A stretch of DNA of 64,000 nucleotides from Methanobacteriota archaeon (GCA_002706065.1 PAJM01000043.1:1415-65414); one strand, 5' to 3'; counted from the first letter of the stretch, positions 38,081 through 47,768 are shown. Translations and numbers: made by a program. Notes: generated by a model from the letters alone, not told the origin.

Positions 38081-38422
38081 ATGGTGTTCGTTGTCAACCA
38101 CGAATTGAAAATGGGGAAAGGAAAAGTAGCAGCCCAAGTTGGGCATGCTGCTGTTCAAGCAACACTCAAATCAGGGGAACTCCGACCGGAATTGCTCGAC
38201 GCTTGGCTTTCCACAGGACAAAAGAAAATCTGTGTCAAGGCGGAGGACGCAAACCACATTGAAAGCATTGAACGGGAAGCAAACCAACACCAAATTCTAA
38301 CATCGAAGGTCTATGATGCGGGCCATACTCAAATTCCAAGTGGGTCGCTCACTGTTCTTGCTTTAGGTCCTGACGAAGAGGAAAAGCTAGACAACTTGAC
38401 TGGAAAATTGAAACTCCTCTAA
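38081..38422 (+). CDS. pth2: Archaeal-type peptidyl-tRNA hydrolase, canonical paralog
   Basis: MVFVVNHELKMGKGKVAAQVGHAAVQA, WLSTGQKKICVKAED, VYDAGHTQIPSGSLTVLALGP, LTGKLKLL. I prefer ATG 38081 over ORF-track start 38003. Confidence 0.88.
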   Translation: MVFVVNHELKMGKGKVAAQVGHAAVQATLKSGELRPELLDAWLSTGQKKICVKAEDANHIESIEREANQHQILTSKVYDAGHTQIPSGSLTVLALGPDEEEKLDNLTGKLKLL

Positions 38423-38454
38423 GTCGATTCTTTGAACATGGGATACCTTGTGGG

Positions 38455-39507
38455 ATGGCCATGCGAGACATCAAGTCCGACCGCATCGATCTACGATCTG
38501 ACACGGTAACTCAACCAACAAACGGTATGAGAGAGGCCATGGCGAATGCAGACGTAGGGGATGACGTCCTTGGAGACGACCCCACTGTTCAACAACTCGA
38601 ATCGATGGTTGCCAACATGTGTGGAAAAGAATCGGGATTGTTCGTTCCATCTGGAACGATGTCAAATGCAGTCGCACTCAAGACTCATACGGTTCCTGGG
38701 GATGAAATAATTACAGAACGTTACAGTCATATCTACCTCTATGAAGGAGGCGGTTATGCAGCGCTGTGCGGTTCGAGTATCGCTTTACCAGAAGGCGTAA
38801 ATGGTCTGCTGACACCAGAACTGGTTCAACATGCAATTCGCAAACAGAAAGGTTCGCAGTCCCACTATCCAGACGGGAACTTGGTTTGTGTTGAGAATAC
38901 AGCCAACAGAGGAGGGGGGACGTGTTATGTCCAAGAAACGCTCGATTCAATCGCCGAAGTATCGAGAGAAAAAAACTGTGCGACGCACATTGATGGGGCC
39001 AGAATTTTCAATGCCTCAGTTGCAACGAATACATCGCTTCCACGTATGACTCGCGATTATGATTCTGTCTCGATTTGTCTGTCCAAAGGACTGGGGGCTC
39101 CGGTTGGGTCGGTGCTTGTGGGCTCAGAAGAGTTCGTCCAACAAGCGCATCGCTGGCGAAAGATGTTTGGTGGAGGAATGCGCCAATCAGGAATCCTTGC
39201 AGCAGCTGGAATCTATGCACTCGAAAACAACATTGAACGGATGAATGAAGACCATCGTCGTGCAAAAACCATTGCCCAAGCGATCGATGAAATGGATCAT
39301 GTATCGGTCGATGTCGATGCTGTTCAAACCAATATGGTTTATTTCTCCGCCAACGAGTTCTCAGCATCCGAGGTCTCGCAGCACATGGCTCAATCTGGTA
39401 TCGATATGTTTGACATCTCGCCCACTCATTGTCGAATTGTTACGCATCTTCACATCACGGATGAGGACGTTCAAAACGTGATAAATGCGCTTTCATCTCT
39501 TGGTTGA
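38455..39507 (+). CDS. ltaE: Low-specificity L-threonine aldolase
   Basis: IDLRSDTVTQPTNGMREAMANADVGDDVLGDDPTVQQLE, FVPSGTMSNAVAL, HIDGARIFNA, SICLSKGLGAPVGS (PLP Lys). Confidence 0.9.
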   Translation: MAMRDIKSDRIDLRSDTVTQPTNGMREAMANADVGDDVLGDDPTVQQLESMVANMCGKESGLFVPSGTMSNAVALKTHTVPGDEIITERYSHIYLYEGGGYAALCGSSIALPEGVNGLLTPELVQHAIRKQKGSQSHYPDGNLVCVENTANRGGGTCYVQETLDSIAEVSREKNCATHIDGARIFNASVATNTSLPRMTRDYDSVSICLSKGLGAPVGSVLVGSEEFVQQAHRWRKMFGGGMRQSGILAAAGIYALENNIERMNEDHRRAKTIAQAIDEMDHVSVDVDAVQTNMVYFSANEFSASEVSQHMAQSGIDMFDISPTHCRIVTHLHITDEDVQNVINALSSLG

Positions 39508-39539
39508 AACTTTTTAACACCTCGACTAACAAAATTTGC

Positions 39540-41780
39540 ATGATTGGGGAAGCCTGCGGCATCTGCCAAAACGAAACAATAGAAACAAACTGTTCAATCT
39601 GCATTCGTTGCGTTGAACTCACTGAAGAGAGTAAATGGGCTCCGTCGTTGCCTTTGGAGATTCACCAACGTATGGCTGATGTCTTGGGAGGGCCAGCTCG
39701 CTCCCTCAGGAAACGCTGGGAAAATCTTGAACGATTCATGTCGCATACGGATGATGTTGATTGGGCGAGACTTGATGATACTGACCAAGACCCTGTTAGG
39801 TATTCTCCTTTTCCTGAAGAAGAAGAGCGTATCTTTATTGAAAAGCTTGAGAAAGGAACAGGATATTCAGGTTATGAAAAGGAACGCTTGGAGGAAGGTT
39901 TCATCATGTGGGATGGGACTCATCTGTCGTTCATCGATGGGCGTATGTTGATCGACGGGACTTCTCATGAGGCTAGGATTCCAATCGAACAGTACCTTTT
40001 GTTGCTCACAAATTCAAACCAACGCATTGGATGGGATTTAACGCGACTCTTTCTTGCATTGAGTGGATTGTACCAAACAATCGATTTGCGAGAACACCCA
40101 CGACGGTATGTTCACCGTTATCACAGATTATTTGGTCAAATTCAACGTGAACTTCTCACACCATTCGATGCCTTTGTTCAATCCACATATCTTCTCGATG
40201 AAAACGAACGCCGGAAAGGAAAGTCCATGTTTTATGGCGAGCGAAATTGGTCGTCTGAATTGATGAATCGGATGTCAGGCCGACGCCCACGTCAGAGAAT
40301 GAAGTTTGCTCGCAGATTTATTCGAACTCATGAAAACAAAAATCTGACTCCATCGGCATGGCCTTGGGTGCAACGCTGGGTCGATCTTGAAGACCACGTA
40401 GAATTCTCGAATGTCAGTTATCCCTTCATGGTGAATAGTAAAGGTATACTTTGTTTCCGAACACTAACAAGAAATGGAAGTGTCCGTCGAGCACCAGTTC
40501 CTTTCATTCCAAGCTTGCTCGCTGGTCTCATTTCATGGGGATCCTCTCCGCATGCATCCAAGCAGGGTGAGTGGTTGGTTGCTGTACAGATGAACTGGTC
40601 AGCACCTTACGAGAATGCAGAAACTGCGGACGACCCCTTTCGTCGTTCAATGCAATTTTTGAGGGGTGTGCTTCAACAATTCCCAGAAGATACATGGGTG
40701 CATAGGGATCGTTTACTCGTGCGGGGAATGCTCGGACATTTCTATGAGATTCGGATCGACAGGGGGGCACACAATGCTCCGTTCAAGATCCATGGCGTTG
40801 GGAAAAAATTTACCCAACGCCACTCAATTTGCATCCACACTGGGAAATACCACAGAGACATACCCATTGGTGATACAATTGCTATTGTCGTGCTTTCCCT
40901 TCTCTCTGACGTGAGGACTGCCGATCGCGTCAACAGTTTGCAGATGCACCTGTTGACTCAACCACCAATTGGTTCTCCGCAAAAAGAAACTGGCATGCAC
41001 CCACAAACCTTCTATCAGTCAAAAGGCAACAAGTTCCATTTCCCCCTGCATCGGTACTTGCTCTTTCAGGACGAAGAAAAGGAAACGATTGATGTGGACT
41101 CTTTGGAATTAATGACCGATACAGCGATTCTTGAGGATTGGAAGTTGAGACCGTCTAGGGAAGCGAGTTACGATCAACCAGGTCATCTTAACCCAGCCTT
41201 TGATCTCGACTTTGGTGACGAAGACCGCATCGCTGAGGGTGATTTTTTCCAACACCGGCGCCAAAGGCCAATTTTTGAAGAAATCCGACAGAACATAATC
41301 GAAATTCGCAATCCTCCGTTCCAGAATCAGGATGAGGAGCACGAAAGACCACAGCCCCATGATGATCAATTCCATCGATGGTATCGAACCATGCCACTGG
41401 TCTGGGAGGCACTCTCACTGCAACCAATTGGCCATCAGGTTGAACTCGGCGGTGTACGCGGCCTGTTTCGTATGCAAGGATGCCGATTGCGAATGACCAT
41501 CCGGTCTGCTCAAGAAGAAGATGCTGTTCGCCGAATACTCGAAATTCTTGGCTACAGACATGCGCGATACCGTCAACTGAATCAAGTGTATATCCGGAGG
41601 GACTTCCCGATTGCTGATCCACGATATGCATTGAGAGAATTGATGGAACCATTGACCGAAGAATTTGGGTTCGCCAACATTGACGATTATGTCTTGCGCT
41701 TTATCGAAGTTGGGCAGCCACCGGACAGAATGCCTGAAGTCGATGCTCGATTGAACGCCAACATGGTCGATTTCTACTGA
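39540..41780 (+). CDS. Large orphan protein with N-terminal Cys zinc-ribbon
   Basis: ATG 39540 (MIGEACGICQNETIETNCSICIRC: CxxC-x9-CxxCxxC). 746 aa, Arg/His-rich, with no enzymatic motif recognised. A module at 40695-40913 is shared with CDS 19655..20545. Confidence 0.6.
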   Translation: MIGEACGICQNETIETNCSICIRCVELTEESKWAPSLPLEIHQRMADVLGGPARSLRKRWENLERFMSHTDDVDWARLDDTDQDPVRYSPFPEEEERIFIEKLEKGTGYSGYEKERLEEGFIMWDGTHLSFIDGRMLIDGTSHEARIPIEQYLLLLTNSNQRIGWDLTRLFLALSGLYQTIDLREHPRRYVHRYHRLFGQIQRELLTPFDAFVQSTYLLDENERRKGKSMFYGERNWSSELMNRMSGRRPRQRMKFARRFIRTHENKNLTPSAWPWVQRWVDLEDHVEFSNVSYPFMVNSKGILCFRTLTRNGSVRRAPVPFIPSLLAGLISWGSSPHASKQGEWLVAVQMNWSAPYENAETADDPFRRSMQFLRGVLQQFPEDTWVHRDRLLVRGMLGHFYEIRIDRGAHNAPFKIHGVGKKFTQRHSICIHTGKYHRDIPIGDTIAIVVLSLLSDVRTADRVNSLQMHLLTQPPIGSPQKETGMHPQTFYQSKGNKFHFPLHRYLLFQDEEKETIDVDSLELMTDTAILEDWKLRPSREASYDQPGHLNPAFDLDFGDEDRIAEGDFFQHRRQRPIFEEIRQNIIEIRNPPFQNQDEEHERPQPHDDQFHRWYRTMPLVWEALSLQPIGHQVELGGVRGLFRMQGCRLRMTIRSAQEEDAVRRILEILGYRHARYRQLNQVYIRRDFPIADPRYALRELMEPLTEEFGFANIDDYVLRFIEVGQPPDRMPEVDARLNANMVDFY

Positions 41781-42670
41781 CTTTTACGACGCACAGCTAC
41801 GATGAGCAGAGCGAGAACAGTTAGGGGCATAGAAAGGAATGGAGCATCCTCTGTGTCCGAATCGGATTGCGGAGTTTCTTCGATGATGACTGGTTCAATG
41901 TATTCTTCAAAGACAAGGTGAACTTCGAGGTCATTCTCGTCAAAGGCATCAGCATACGTGATGTCCATTGTACCTGAAGAGAACCCGGTTGAGTTGACGA
42001 GGCCGACATCAATAATTTCCCTCAGCACATGCGGGTAGTATTGCTGGTTGTTTGTGCCATCCGGATAATAGGCCATGGTCTCAACCATCCAGACCGAGAC
42101 ATTGTACACCTTCTCGCTCGAATGTTCGAATGTCCAGGCAATTGTTCCTGCATTGGCTCCGGTTGAAGCCCAAGTCATCGACATCGATCCTGTTCCAGCA
42201 CCGTTTGGACGCTGCGCGAGGTCAGTATAATCATCAACGAGGGAGTCGCCTACTGGTTTACTTCCAGAGATGGCATAGAGGCCATTAAATCCTGCAAGTG
42301 GTGGTTTCCATGGAGTAAATGCTCCATACCTGTCTCGGAACCATTGATCAACAGATTCGGTTCCCAATGGATCTTCGGGGTCGTAGATGTTGCGATGTAC
42401 TGCATAGATTTGCATGTTGACGCTCAATGCGACTTCTTCCATTGCCTCTTCAACGTCAACACAGTTTGAACACCATGTTGCTGTGTAGTCTTCGACAATT
42501 GCCGGCAAGTCGTTGAACGAACTGTTCACAACGATTGATTCATTCGCCAAGCCATGCAATCCACCCAGAAGTAAACCGGAGTCGAGTTCTTCAACTTCAG
42601 CAGCACTTGCAGTCGGGATGAGACATGCAATCATGATCGCTGATAGAAACAATGCAATTGAACGAGTCAT
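41774..42670 (-). CDS. Secreted, C-terminally anchored thioredoxin-like protein (WCxxC)
   Basis: Signal peptide MTRSIALFLSAIMIACLIPTASA starts at ATG 42670. EDYTATWCSNCVDVEEAM is a thioredoxin-fold CxxC. C-terminal helix LSMPLTVLALLIVAV + RRKSQ. Confidence 0.65.
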   Translation of the reverse strand: MTRSIALFLSAIMIACLIPTASAAEVEELDSGLLLGGLHGLANESIVVNSSFNDLPAIVEDYTATWCSNCVDVEEAMEEVALSVNMQIYAVHRNIYDPEDPLGTESVDQWFRDRYGAFTPWKPPLAGFNGLYAISGSKPVGDSLVDDYTDLAQRPNGAGTGSMSMTWASTGANAGTIAWTFEHSSEKVYNVSVWMVETMAYYPDGTNNQQYYPHVLREIIDVGLVNSTGFSSGTMDITYADAFDENDLEVHLVFEEYIEPVIIEETPQSDSDTEDAPFLSMPLTVLALLIVAVRRKSQ

Positions 42671-42717
42671 GATTCCACGCACAGAGGGCTCCTTTATGAG
42701 GAAACCCGTCCCCTGAT

Positions 42718-43878
42718 TCACGACTCTTTTTGCAAGACTCCGAAGTCAACGAGTTCGCCTGATGCAACCTTTTTCAGCAACTTCTTGAGCAGGTTCTTGA
42801 TGGTATTTCGACATCGACCGATGGCCTTTGCGATGTTCTCAAGTCGGCCTTGTTCAACACCGAAGACTTCGCAAGAAATCTGGAATAGGATTGCGCACAA
42901 GACACTTGCCTTGATGTTCTCACTTGAGAACGGGGACTCGGTCATTGTTGGCTCACCTAGCCGGAACAGACGTTGCTTGAAGTCGTCCATGACTCTCATT
43001 TTCAACGACTCATCGAGGCCGTCGAGAAGTCCCTTAAGTCGTAGAATGGTGTTTTCAATCTCGGTGTTTCGAAGCTCCAGCTGAACGGTTCTCTGGTCCG
43101 CTCGCTTTTCGATGATTTCGGCCTTCTCACAAAGATTGAGGTACTTCATGACGACCTTCGCTGCGTCAACGACCTGTGCCAACGATAGACCTGCGTTCTC
43201 GACCATCTGCGGCCAATCGATGTTGACTTTACCAGTTCGCTCCTGACACGCCCTGAGACAAGCAAGGGCGAGTAATCTCTCGTTGTTTTTGGTGCTACCT
43301 CCACGTGTCTTCTTCCGGCAGACTGAATTCTTCGGTAGAACAACCTCATCATTGCCAGCAACTTCCTTCACAGCCTTGTCCTTCTCACCTGTTAGCGGAA
43401 CGGTAGCAAGCGTGATGATTTTCTTGGCCTTCATTGCGTTGTCCTTACCAGCCAAATCCTTCGCAGCATCCATTGTCCCCTGGGCCATAGGGTGGATGTC
43501 CTTTGTGCCTTGTGAATTCAAGTGGCTTAGAATCTTCCACTTGCCTTTTGCTTCACCAGGCTTACCAATGTATGAGCCAAGCCCATTCCCTTGCGAACCA
43601 GTTTTGATTTTTGATTCGTCTTTTGTCGGCGTGTTGAAGCTATGTTCACCCCACATCGTCCCTGCATTGTCATCTTGGTTCAACGATGCTTGATCTTCGA
43701 TAACAAGACCGCAATCGTTGCACACTACCTCACCACGGATGGTGTCTACTTTCAAGTCAATACTCCCACATTCTTCGCACTTTTTCGTCAAATTTTTGTC
43801 CTCCTTGTTCTTTTTTCTGCCAACATGATGCAATCCGATGGTTGTTTGTGTATGTGATAATTGGGCTCGGACCGACAC
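42718..43878 (-). CDS. tfb: Transcription initiation factor IIB (TFB) homolog, long and divergent
   Basis: Zn ribbon CEECGSIDLKVDTIRGEVVCNDCGLVIED. B-reader/linker-like MWGEHSF...NGLGSYIG...KWKILSHL. Cyclin-1-like RGGSTKNNERLLALACLRACQERTGKVNIDWPQMVENAGLSLAQV. Cyclin-2-like IKASVLCAILFQISCEVFGVEQGRLENIAKAIGRCRNTIKNLLKKL. GTG start. Confidence 0.72.
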   Translation of the reverse strand: MSVRAQLSHTQTTIGLHHVGRKKNKEDKNLTKKCEECGSIDLKVDTIRGEVVCNDCGLVIEDQASLNQDDNAGTMWGEHSFNTPTKDESKIKTGSQGNGLGSYIGKPGEAKGKWKILSHLNSQGTKDIHPMAQGTMDAAKDLAGKDNAMKAKKIITLATVPLTGEKDKAVKEVAGNDEVVLPKNSVCRKKTRGGSTKNNERLLALACLRACQERTGKVNIDWPQMVENAGLSLAQVVDAAKVVMKYLNLCEKAEIIEKRADQRTVQLELRNTEIENTILRLKGLLDGLDESLKMRVMDDFKQRLFRLGEPTMTESPFSSENIKASVLCAILFQISCEVFGVEQGRLENIAKAIGRCRNTIKNLLKKLLKKVASGELVDFGVLQKES

Positions 43879-44066
43879 GCTGGGAGTAAACTATGTCTTG
43901 CATCCTACTTAAACATGCGCAATCTTGTTTCCAATCTGTTCAAACATGAATGTGTCTTGTTCGATTTTGATTATCCGACATCCAAGGTGGTTTGAAGGGC
44001 CGAGGGGGGCAAGAACGCAAAAAATAACAAAAATCGCGTGCGTTCACTTTTATACCGTCGTCTTCT
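43879..44066. promoter_or_regulatory. Divergent intergenic control region (tfb-like gene / addB-like operon)
   Basis: This 188-bp gap is the longest non-coding stretch in the window. Minus-strand TGTTTAAGTA (43906-43915) lies ~30 nt upstream of the tfb GTG. On the plus strand, an A-rich tract (44018-44035) and TTTTATA (44048-44054) lie upstream of ATG 44067. Confidence 0.35.
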
Positions 44067-47000
44067 ATGTTGAGAATCGGGGGAAACGCAGTGGACATCA
44101 CAGTTGAGTCATGTGCATCAGACTGTGTTGTCCCGCAATGGGTTTTCGATGAAGTCGCGAATGGACGAGATGATTTACTAGTGATTTACCCAAATGAGAC
44201 AATACGTACATCTACAATACAAACTATCCTCAAGAAATCTGGTTCAGTTGACTCGAGTAGACACACAACAATTCGCCGATTAATTCGTTCACTGAGCATT
44301 GATTTTCGCTTGCCAGTAGTGATTCCACGTTCATCGGTTGGTCTCATTCAGGTTCATGAGAAACTTGCTGTCGCTGCGTCAAAACATCGTTTCCCACGAC
44401 TTCATCCTGATACAACACGTCCGTGGACATTGTCGAAATCGGAGCGCTTACTTTCTCTCCATTCGTATGCGACAACTCATCAGATTCTTTCTCGATGGGC
44501 TGATGATCCCGGAGCATACGAGGCTGACCGCATCCTTTCCTCATTCAAGAAAGAAGATCTCATACACGAACATCACGTTCTTGCACATCTCTGTTTGGCG
44601 CTTGAGGATTCTGAACGTCCTATCCCATACTCCCTCGGAACAATCAGTGGGATTCTCTTGCTGAATCATCCCCCAGACTTCGCTGAAAATGAGAAGCGGT
44701 TTCTCAAATCTCTTTCTACTCGACGCCCATTACACCACGTCTGCGTTCCAGGTTCATTCCGTCTTGGATTTCATGGAGCGTACATCGATGATGAAATCAA
44801 ACCCGTTGAACGTGAGGATCAACTGCCGAAATGGGTTCCTCCGCATCCAATATACAACGTTCAGTCGGTGAATGATGATTACACGACAAGTGGCACCCAT
44901 ATGTTTAGTTTCGATCAGGCCTCTCAGGTCACAGATGCTGCGATCTCAGCCTTGCGAGCTTATCGTGAGCATTCAAAGGGTGATGTGTTGATTGTCGATG
45001 CCAATCAAACCCGTCACCGTGATTGGGCCCGTCGGTTGAAACACATTGGGATTACTTCAAACTCGTCTGACGAGGTTGCTGGTAGCACATCTGCCGTTCA
45101 GGCAATCCTACGATTCCTATCGATTTCCAGAGGGCAAGATGCTTGGTCAGCGACCAAACTATTCGACCTCGCTCGGTCCCAAGCTTTCCCAATCATGGGG
45201 AACCTATTTTCAGATCTCAAACACCCTTTGCATGAGGATTGGCGCCCAAAGCCGCATATGGAAATCATCGAAAACATTGGCCGAGGTTTCCATGTCCTCG
45301 GAGGAAAAGGAGCATTGCAACGCTGGTTGAGTTCGCTCTCTGTAGCAACCCCATATTCGATGGAATCCCACCGGCAAGAGGAGGAAGCCCGTGCACTTGA
45401 GGAAACCCAATGGTGGATCGGATGCATAGCGCATTCATGGTCAGCACTCCTATCAGATAGCGAGTGCACATTTCTATCAAGCGAATTCGTCGGTACCTCC
45501 TCGGACGTTGCTCTACCTCTCCCTCAAGCGAGTCATATTCCAAGGGATGTGCTCTCAACCATTCTACAGGCGTGTGACTGGGAACAGTTGTTTGAACGAA
45601 CTCAACGCTATGATGCTTCAGTGGGGGCCATTCAAGTTTGGGTCCAAGCCATCGATGGGATGCTTCAATACAAATCGGGGGTTGATTTCCTTGACATTTG
45701 CCGACTCGCTGCAGAGCAAACTAAACTACCGTCACATAGAATCGATCATGTTGATGTTCGTATTTGCACCCCACTCCAAGCATATGGGCTGTCTCCCGAC
45801 CTTACGATGTTCGTTGGTCTCGATGCAGAATCGTGGTCAATGAAACCAGAACGCATACCTTGGATAGATGATTCAGTGAGAGTTGAGTTAGGGTTAACGG
45901 ATGGTGATCTTCCCATTCGCAAGGCACGTCATTTGTTCAAGTCCTTGCTGAATTCAAGCCAGAAGGCGATTCTCTTTGATACCAAAAACGATGAATCAGT
46001 GGGGAATTCAACTCCAGTAGCGGAATATCTCTCGATGGTAGAATTGAAAGGCCAATTAAGCAGGTTAACGAAAGTACCTGATTTCATCGAATCCTCTGTT
46101 TCAGGCGGTGCAGGATGGTCAATGATGACAAGGGAAAGCGGCAATGTCTTGACTTATCGAACCTCCTTATTATCTGTAGACGGTTCCGAAGTTCAACTCG
46201 AACGGGCAGAAAATACATTGCGAAATACGCAGCAACGCACTGGACTTGAACTCAGAGCCATGCGACCCCCAACTTCGCCTGTTCAATCGCCAACTTCGCT
46301 TGCAACACGCCAAGAACGAGAGATTCATCTCGATCGCTTTCGTCGCCAGCCAAAATTCAAGTCATTGGAAAATGGAGCCACAATGAACTGGGAGACAAGG
46401 AACAATTTGCTCACAACAACCCACCTCGTCATCCAGCCGACGGTGTCACAAGCAAAGGTTGCTGGAGGAAGAACTGCAGCATCCTATCCGCATCTTGGAT
46501 ACAAAAGAAATGGGAGTTCAAGAGGGCCATCGATTGACCCGAGGCCGCTTCCTCCGCCGCAATTTTCATCCGATAGTCTGACTGCAATTCTATCCACTCA
46601 TCCAAAAGAAGAGGAATCAAAAGTTTGGTCAACAAGTCGATTGACTCCATGGTTTAATTGTCCGAGACAAGCTTGGGCGGAGCAAGTTCTGAAAGCATCA
46701 GAAACATCGCCTGAGCCTTCAGAAGACATCGCACCACTGGCCAAAGGCACACTTGTTCATTCCATCGAAGAGCACCTCCTTACGCTTCTCGGAATTCAGG
46801 TTGGAAACCCTCCGTTGGAAGAAGGTGTGCCAATGCATCTTGGAACGACGTACACGAATCAGGAGCTATGGGAGAGTTTGTTAGCAGAATTGTCAGAGAT
46901 TGCTCCTTGGTTGGCAAGAACGAATGCTGTCTCAGTGCATCGATGCAACGACCTCATCGGGTGTTCCCCTGAAGCGTGGAGTGCATGGATTGAAGGAGAG

Positions 47001-47768
47001 GGAACCATCTCCATCGGCGGACGTTTGGGACGACTTCTCCTTGCAGATTTGAGTCTGACATCTGCTGCGCCAATCGCCAGCGAGTGGGCGCTGCAATCCG
47101 AAGGCGCGCCTTATGTTCAAATCGAAGGATTTGATGATGATATGGACTCAACAACAATCGATGTACGTGGCCGAATTGATCGAGTCGACCGTATCGCCTT
47201 TGATCCAACAGACCTAGAGGCGATGAAAGAACGAGGACTGTACGCTGAGCAAGCCGAAACTCTCCCGCTCCTGTTCAACGACAATGATCCTCCAGCAAAA
47301 CGATTTATTCTCATTCGAGACCTCAAAACTATCGAAGGACCCAAGCCTGGAGAGGCCGGGACCCGACATGCTTCAGGCTTGTTCAAGGAAATCCAACTCG
47401 CCCTGTATGCTCGAGCATGGGAAATTGCCCATCCGGGCGATCGCGTCGTCGGAGTAGGAATTTCTGAAGTGGGCGATGATACTGAGCATTACGTCGAGAT
47501 TGATCCAAGTTTCAACTTCTTAGAACCTCAGTTAAACATCGGCAGACGAACCTCCTTTTCCACGAACCATTTCCGTGTGCCAAGTGAGGACAATGAACCG
47601 CAGAGCAATAGTTTCCGAGCTTGGATGAGTTCTAGAATCACGGCCGCTCTACGCGCTCGTGATGCGAGTGAACTTGGTTGGAATCATCCAACTCCTGGTC
47701 GCCATTGTTCGTACTGTTCCCTTGCCACTGCGTGCTCGTCAGCATCGATTGGGGGTGAGTTGAAGTGA
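44067..47768 (+). CDS. addB: AddB/RexB-like helicase-nuclease subunit (no Walker A; C-terminal PD-(D/E)XK nuclease with 4-Cys cluster)
   Basis: 1233 aa. No GxGKT motif seen in the N-terminal half. C-terminal LTPWFNCPRQAWAEQVL, GRIDRVDRI, ILIRDLKT, EIQLALYARAW, HCSYCSLATAC (CxxCx5C). Confidence 0.7.
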   Translation: MLRIGGNAVDITVESCASDCVVPQWVFDEVANGRDDLLVIYPNETIRTSTIQTILKKSGSVDSSRHTTIRRLIRSLSIDFRLPVVIPRSSVGLIQVHEKLAVAASKHRFPRLHPDTTRPWTLSKSERLLSLHSYATTHQILSRWADDPGAYEADRILSSFKKEDLIHEHHVLAHLCLALEDSERPIPYSLGTISGILLLNHPPDFAENEKRFLKSLSTRRPLHHVCVPGSFRLGFHGAYIDDEIKPVEREDQLPKWVPPHPIYNVQSVNDDYTTSGTHMFSFDQASQVTDAAISALRAYREHSKGDVLIVDANQTRHRDWARRLKHIGITSNSSDEVAGSTSAVQAILRFLSISRGQDAWSATKLFDLARSQAFPIMGNLFSDLKHPLHEDWRPKPHMEIIENIGRGFHVLGGKGALQRWLSSLSVATPYSMESHRQEEEARALEETQWWIGCIAHSWSALLSDSECTFLSSEFVGTSSDVALPLPQASHIPRDVLSTILQACDWEQLFERTQRYDASVGAIQVWVQAIDGMLQYKSGVDFLDICRLAAEQTKLPSHRIDHVDVRICTPLQAYGLSPDLTMFVGLDAESWSMKPERIPWIDDSVRVELGLTDGDLPIRKARHLFKSLLNSSQKAILFDTKNDESVGNSTPVAEYLSMVELKGQLSRLTKVPDFIESSVSGGAGWSMMTRESGNVLTYRTSLLSVDGSEVQLERAENTLRNTQQRTGLELRAMRPPTSPVQSPTSLATRQEREIHLDRFRRQPKFKSLENGATMNWETRNNLLTTTHLVIQPTVSQAKVAGGRTAASYPHLGYKRNGSSRGPSIDPRPLPPPQFSSDSLTAILSTHPKEEESKVWSTSRLTPWFNCPRQAWAEQVLKASETSPEPSEDIAPLAKGTLVHSIEEHLLTLLGIQVGNPPLEEGVPMHLGTTYTNQELWESLLAELSEIAPWLARTNAVSVHRCNDLIGCSPEAWSAWIEGEGTISIGGRLGRLLLADLSLTSAAPIASEWALQSEGAPYVQIEGFDDDMDSTTIDVRGRIDRVDRIAFDPTDLEAMKERGLYAEQAETLPLLFNDNDPPAKRFILIRDLKTIEGPKPGEAGTRHASGLFKEIQLALYARAWEIAHPGDRVVGVGISEVGDDTEHYVEIDPSFNFLEPQLNIGRRTSFSTNHFRVPSEDNEPQSNSFRAWMSSRITAALRARDASELGWNHPTPGRHCSYCSLATACSSASIGGELK

